In this document: one piece after another, positions 14,492 to 18,331 of the stretch
Layout: every line of letters begins with the position of its first letter
Numbering within the stretch: position 1 is the stretch's first letter
NCBI GenBank assembly: GCA_031425655.1
Contig: JANPJS010000135.1
Location: forward strand, 1-18,331
Reading direction: 5' to 3'
Source of the DNA: Abditibacteriaceae bacterium
Lineage (GTDB): Bacteria; Armatimonadota; Abditibacteriia; Abditibacteriales; Abditibacteriaceae
DNA: 18,331 nt
Translations under genes and position numbers: made by a program
Notes under the pieces: generated by a model
Told to the model about the DNA's origin: nothing
The model's database searches: none
What the model saw: the letters and a program-made list of their open reading frames with translations, nothing else

Positions 14492-16702
14492 ATGAGCAAA
14501 ACTAAGGCTGGCGCGCCAACTCTTACCGTGAAACCGGTGCCGTCCGAAGCCGCGCACGACGGCGGCGTGACGGCGCGCGTCTTTGGTTTTTCGTTGCTGC
14601 TGGCCTGTTTTTTCGGCTACATTAACCCGATTATTGATGCCAAACTCGCCAACACGTTTTTGGGCGCGCAGCATTTGCCGCCGGGCGCCGTCGGCGTTCT
14701 GATTGCGGTTCTGCTCATCATCAACCCGCTGACTCGTCTGGCTAATACGCGGGTCTGGGCGTTGCCGGCTTATTTCGGCGGCGCGGTTTTGTGTTTCGTC
14801 TGGGCGTATTTGAACTGGCAGAAAAACGGCGCGGGTGTCAGCGTGTGGACTCCCGCTTCGGTCGGCGCGCTACTGCTGATTTGCGCGATGATGGGACGGC
14901 GCCCGCTGTCGCGCAATGAAACGCTGGTTATTTACATTACCTGTCTGGTGTCGTGTCTGGTGCCCGGCCACGGCGCCGAAAACTTCTTTATTCCCACGCT
15001 GATGGGGCCGTTTTATTTCGCGTCGCCAGAAAACAAATGGCTCGATTTTCTGACCCTGCACACTCCGCAATGGCTGACTCCGGCGCTGTGGGCCGACCCC
15101 GGACAAGAGTTCGGGCCAATCGGCAAAAAGCTGGTCAGCGACTGGTATTCGGGCAACGGTGGCCATGTGCCGTGGCAGTATTGGATTGTGCCGCTTTTGG
15201 TGTGGTCGTCGCTGATTTTGGCGATTTACACCATGCTCGGCTGCTTCGCGGTGATGCTTCGCGCACAATGGGCCGAGCACGAGGCGTTGGCGTTTCCGTT
15301 GATGCGCCTGCCGCTCGAACTCACCGAAGACATGGATCGCGGCGACAAATACGGCGTATTCAGCCGCTTTCTTCGCAATCCGCTGACGTGGATTGGGTTT
15401 GGCATCGCGGTTTTCATTCAAACGCTGAACGGCCTTAATTTTTACTTTCCCGACGTGCCAAAATTCCCGACTTCGCTGGACACCGGGCCGTATTTGAGCG
15501 AGCCACCGTGGAATCAAATCGGCTGGACGCCGATTCAGATTTATCCCATCGCCATCGGCATCACTTTTCTGCTAACAGCGGAAACCTCGTTTTCGCTGTG
15601 GTTTTTCTACTGGTTCGTGCGCTTTCAGCTTATCGGCGCGTTTTATCTCGGTTTCATGCCGAATGCGCTGCCGGGCGCGCTGGGCGGCGGGGGCAAAATC
15701 TTCATCGCTTATCAGCATTTCGGCGTTTACTTGGCTTACGCGGCGATTGTGCTGTGGACGGGCCGAATGCATTACTGGCACGTCGCGCGGCGCGCTTTTG
15801 GTCGCACGCCGATGAACGAGGCCGAAAAACGCGAAATGGTTTCTTATCCGGTGGCGTTTTGGGGTTTCATGCTTTCGCTGGCGTTTTGTCTGGCGTGGAC
15901 GGTAAATATCGGCGTTAGTCCGCAGGTGGCGCTGCTGATGTGGGCCTCGTATTTCGTGCTGGCCATCGGCCTGACGCGCGTGGTGGTCGAAGGCGGCTTG
16001 CTCTTCGTGCAACAGGGTTGGACGGGATTCGGCACCTTCGCGCAACTGGCCGGATGCGGGCCGGGAACGTGGCTGCCGCCGAGCGTTTTGGTGCCCGGTT
16101 CGTTTTTGCAACACGCCATCATGCACGATTTTCGCGGTTTTTTGCTGCCGAGTTACGTGCAGGGTTTCAAGGTGGCGCACGACCGAAACCTCAGTCGTCG
16201 CCCGTTGCTGGCGTTGCTCATTTGCGTGATTTTAATCGGCTTGTTTCTCGGAATTGTGATGCGCGTGAAGCTCGGTTACGATGCCGGCGCGCTGGGTTTT
16301 CACAGCTGGTTCGCCAAAGGCGGCGCGCAACAGCCGGCGCTGACTTCGAGCAGCTTAATTAAAGGCGCCCGCGACGTGAGCTGGCTCAACTGGGTGTGGA
16401 TGGGCGGCGGCATGGCGCTGACGTGGCTGCTGATGGCGGCGCGCAGTCGCTTTTTGTGGTTCCCTCTGCATCCTCTCGGCTTTCTCGTTAACCTCGGCTA
16501 CGCCATGCAAACGCTGTGGTTTTCGATTTTCGTCGGCTGGTTTTTCAAAGTGCTGATTACACGCTATGGCGGCGTAGACACTTATCGGCAAACGATCCCA
16601 TTGTTTCTCGGTCTGGCGCTCGGCGACGTGACGATGATGCTGGTCTGGCTGCTGGTGGACGGTTGGCAGGGCCGCACTTATCATTATTTGGTGCCAACGT
16701 AA
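14492..16702 (+). CDS. Large polytopic membrane protein (DUF6785/DUF6784-like, putative transporter)
   Basis: 736 aa with many TM segments. Motifs QWAEHEALAFPLMRLP, RVVVEGG, WFPLHPLGF and WFSIFVGWFFKVLITRYGG recall this family from memory. GAGG SD. Confidence 0.8.
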   Translation: MSKTKAGAPTLTVKPVPSEAAHDGGVTARVFGFSLLLACFFGYINPIIDAKLANTFLGAQHLPPGAVGVLIAVLLIINPLTRLANTRVWALPAYFGGAVLCFVWAYLNWQKNGAGVSVWTPASVGALLLICAMMGRRPLSRNETLVIYITCLVSCLVPGHGAENFFIPTLMGPFYFASPENKWLDFLTLHTPQWLTPALWADPGQEFGPIGKKLVSDWYSGNGGHVPWQYWIVPLLVWSSLILAIYTMLGCFAVMLRAQWAEHEALAFPLMRLPLELTEDMDRGDKYGVFSRFLRNPLTWIGFGIAVFIQTLNGLNFYFPDVPKFPTSLDTGPYLSEPPWNQIGWTPIQIYPIAIGITFLLTAETSFSLWFFYWFVRFQLIGAFYLGFMPNALPGALGGGGKIFIAYQHFGVYLAYAAIVLWTGRMHYWHVARRAFGRTPMNEAEKREMVSYPVAFWGFMLSLAFCLAWTVNIGVSPQVALLMWASYFVLAIGLTRVVVEGGLLFVQQGWTGFGTFAQLAGCGPGTWLPPSVLVPGSFLQHAIMHDFRGFLLPSYVQGFKVAHDRNLSRRPLLALLICVILIGLFLGIVMRVKLGYDAGALGFHSWFAKGGAQQPALTSSSLIKGARDVSWLNWVWMGGGMALTWLLMAARSRFLWFPLHPLGFLVNLGYAMQTLWFSIFVGWFFKVLITRYGGVDTYRQTIPLFLGLALGDVTMMLVWLLVDGWQGRTYHYLVPT

Positions 16703-16721
16703 GTATCACCCCATTGAAATG

Positions 16722-16759
16722 GGGGTAACCACAGGAAACGGAAATTAAAGTCCGTTAGT
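16722..16759 (+). mobile_element. Orphan Tn3-family (Tn21-like) 38-bp terminal IR
   Basis: GGGGTAACCACAGGAAACGGAAATTAAAGTCCGTTAGT resembles the Tn21/Tn501-type IR. I saw no partner IR in the window. Confidence 0.65.
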
Positions 16760-16919
16760 GCGTTGCAATAAAAACGAAGCCACTCAAAAAGGAGCGTTTT
16801 ACACACTGCAAGAACGCAATTTTTGGGCGTATTACAGTTGGGATGTTCCGAGCGACGATGCCTCGTTCGCCTGTCCGAAAAAATTACCGCGTTCTTCAAA
16901 CACCCGGCGCAGGCGGGGC

Positions 16920-17164
16920 AGTCTTACAAATACCACACCTTTGTCATCATCGGCAATTTAGCCATCGTTGAGCGTAATCTGCGCGGGCGCTGGATTTTGC
17001 AGGACGACATGAAACTTCTGGTGCCCACCGCACTGGAAAACGAGGCCGCGCCGCAACTTTAGGATTTGAAAAACGACCCGCACGAAACCAAAAATCTCGT
17101 GCTCGAAAAACCGCAAATAGTCCAGCAACTCACTGCCGCGCTCGATGCGTGGTGGAAGCTCTAA
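16920..17164 (+). pseudogene. Sulfatase C-terminal remnant with a nonsense codon
   Basis: ...WILQDDMKLLVP...PQL*DLKNDPHETKNL...LDAWWKL*. This is the sulfatase LYDLxxDPxExxNL motif with Tyr replaced by TAG (17060-17062). The 5' boundary is approximate. Confidence 0.75.
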
Positions 17165-17179
17165 TTGCCAAAGGAAACC

Positions 17180-18133
17180 ATGAAAAAACTTGCCCTGCTC
17201 GTCACCTTGCTCGCCGCGCCATTGGGCGCCCAAAATGCTGCGCCGAATCGCAACGCAGTGGACGTAAACCTCAATCCCGTGCCGTGGCCCAAAAGCGTGC
17301 CACAGCCGACGCTGTCGAATGTGCCTTACGGCAAACATCGCAAGCAGGTTTTGCATTTTTGGAAGGTTGAATCGGACAAACCGACGCCGCTTTTGTTTTT
17401 CATTCACGGCGGCGGCTGGCAAAATGGGCATCGCCTTAGCGGCCCGGCGATTACGATTCCTGAATATCTGAAAAACGGGGTTTCCGTAGTTTCGATTGAA
17501 TACCGCTTCACCAGCGAAGCGACGAAGGACGGCGAAGTGCCGCCGGTGCGCGGCCCGCTGCGCGACGCGGCGAGGGCACTGCAATTCGTGCGAAGCAAAG
17601 CGACGGAATGGAACATTGATAAAACGCGCATTGCCGCGTCGGGCAGTTCGGCGGGCGCCTGCTCTTCACTGTGGCTGGCCTTTCACGATGATATGGCCGA
17701 CCCCAAAAGCGACGACCCGATTGCCCGCGAATCCACGCGCGTTATAACCGCCGCTGTGACGGGCGCGCAGACCACGCTCGACCCGCAGCAGATGAAAGAG
17801 TGGACGCCCAATAGTCGCTACGGTGGCCACGCCTTCGGCTTCAAAAACTTCGCCGAGTTTCTCGATGGCCGCGACAAAATCGCGCCGTTGCTCGCGGAGT
17901 ATTCGCCGTATCATCTGGTGACCAAAGACGACCCGCCGGTTTATCTGATTTACTCTGCGCCGCCCGCGCTGGGCAAAGAAGAAAAAGACCCGACACACAC
18001 CGCCAACTTCGGCGTGAAACTTCAGGAACATTGCCGTGCAACCGGCGTAGAGTGCGAACTCTATTATCCCGGCGCGCCGGACGCGAAGCACAACAGCGTT
18101 TTGCAATATTTGCTGCAAAAATTGCAGAAGTGA
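17180..18133 (+). CDS. Secreted alpha/beta hydrolase (HSL-like esterase/lipase)
   Basis: AAGGA SD, signal peptide MKKLALLVTLLAA, oxyanion HGGG, SIEYR, nucleophile GSSAG and DDPPVYL. Confidence 0.92.
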   Translation: MKKLALLVTLLAAPLGAQNAAPNRNAVDVNLNPVPWPKSVPQPTLSNVPYGKHRKQVLHFWKVESDKPTPLLFFIHGGGWQNGHRLSGPAITIPEYLKNGVSVVSIEYRFTSEATKDGEVPPVRGPLRDAARALQFVRSKATEWNIDKTRIAASGSSAGACSSLWLAFHDDMADPKSDDPIARESTRVITAAVTGAQTTLDPQQMKEWTPNSRYGGHAFGFKNFAEFLDGRDKIAPLLAEYSPYHLVTKDDPPVYLIYSAPPALGKEEKDPTHTANFGVKLQEHCRATGVECELYYPGAPDAKHNSVLQYLLQKLQK

Positions 18134-18190
18134 TTCGCCGGCAACAGAGCAGTTGCTATTATCATCACAGTTGCAACGGTTCTTCTCAAT

Positions 18191-18331
18191 CAATAGTCCG
18201 GTAAGAATCAAACAGCCCATTGGCCAATGTCGAGGCATTGAAGATAGGTGGTTTGGTGTTTATTCAAACTCAGGTCAAGACCTAAGTTTTGAAAAACTCT
18301 GTCGGTCCAAAGTTGGTTGGTGAAAAGCAGT
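18191..18331 (-). mobile_element. Probable end of an IS4-like element with the transposase C-terminus (18208..>18330)
   Basis: The minus frame LLFTNQLWTDRVFQNLGLDLSLNKHQTTYLQCLDIGQWAV* ends next to CAATAGTCCGGTAAG, an IS4-type CAATA terminus. The partner IR is outside the window. Confidence 0.55.

Noticed and set aside
4772..18238. Numerous antisense or overlapping ORFs in the track (e.g. 4772..5194, 14870..15517, 15572..16180, 16958..17584, 17666..18238)
   Set aside because: They overlap well-supported genes in GC-rich DNA and lack motifs, so they are treated as shadow ORFs.

Overview
An 18.3 kb mosaic of plasmid-like accessory DNA. Its intact core (about 2.7-7.2 kb) is a candidate self-contained replicon: a ParA ATPase and a small adaptor gene flanked by two phased 8-bp repeat arrays, an unrecognised 383-aa putative initiator followed directly by four 21-bp-spaced iterons, an SF4/DnaB-type helicase domain and a Zn-finger/TOPRIM primase. 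Upstream lie an IS3 end, a decayed IS1, an XRE regulator with operator-like 18-mers and a degraded antitoxin-PIN toxin pair. Downstream are an HD-domain gene split by a MITE that carries a 30-bp hairpin, two abutting Tn3-type miniature elements, small secreted or membrane proteins, and a GH33 sialidase plus serine recombinase bracketed by inverted hix/res-like sites. The window ends with a truncated IS1, a large polytopic membrane protein, an orphan Tn21-like IR, a sulfatase remnant, a secreted alpha/beta hydrolase and a probable IS4-type end. The gene content loosely suggests an Armatimonadota/Abditibacteriota host; this is an unverified inference. All family calls come from motif recognition by eye, and no database searches were run.
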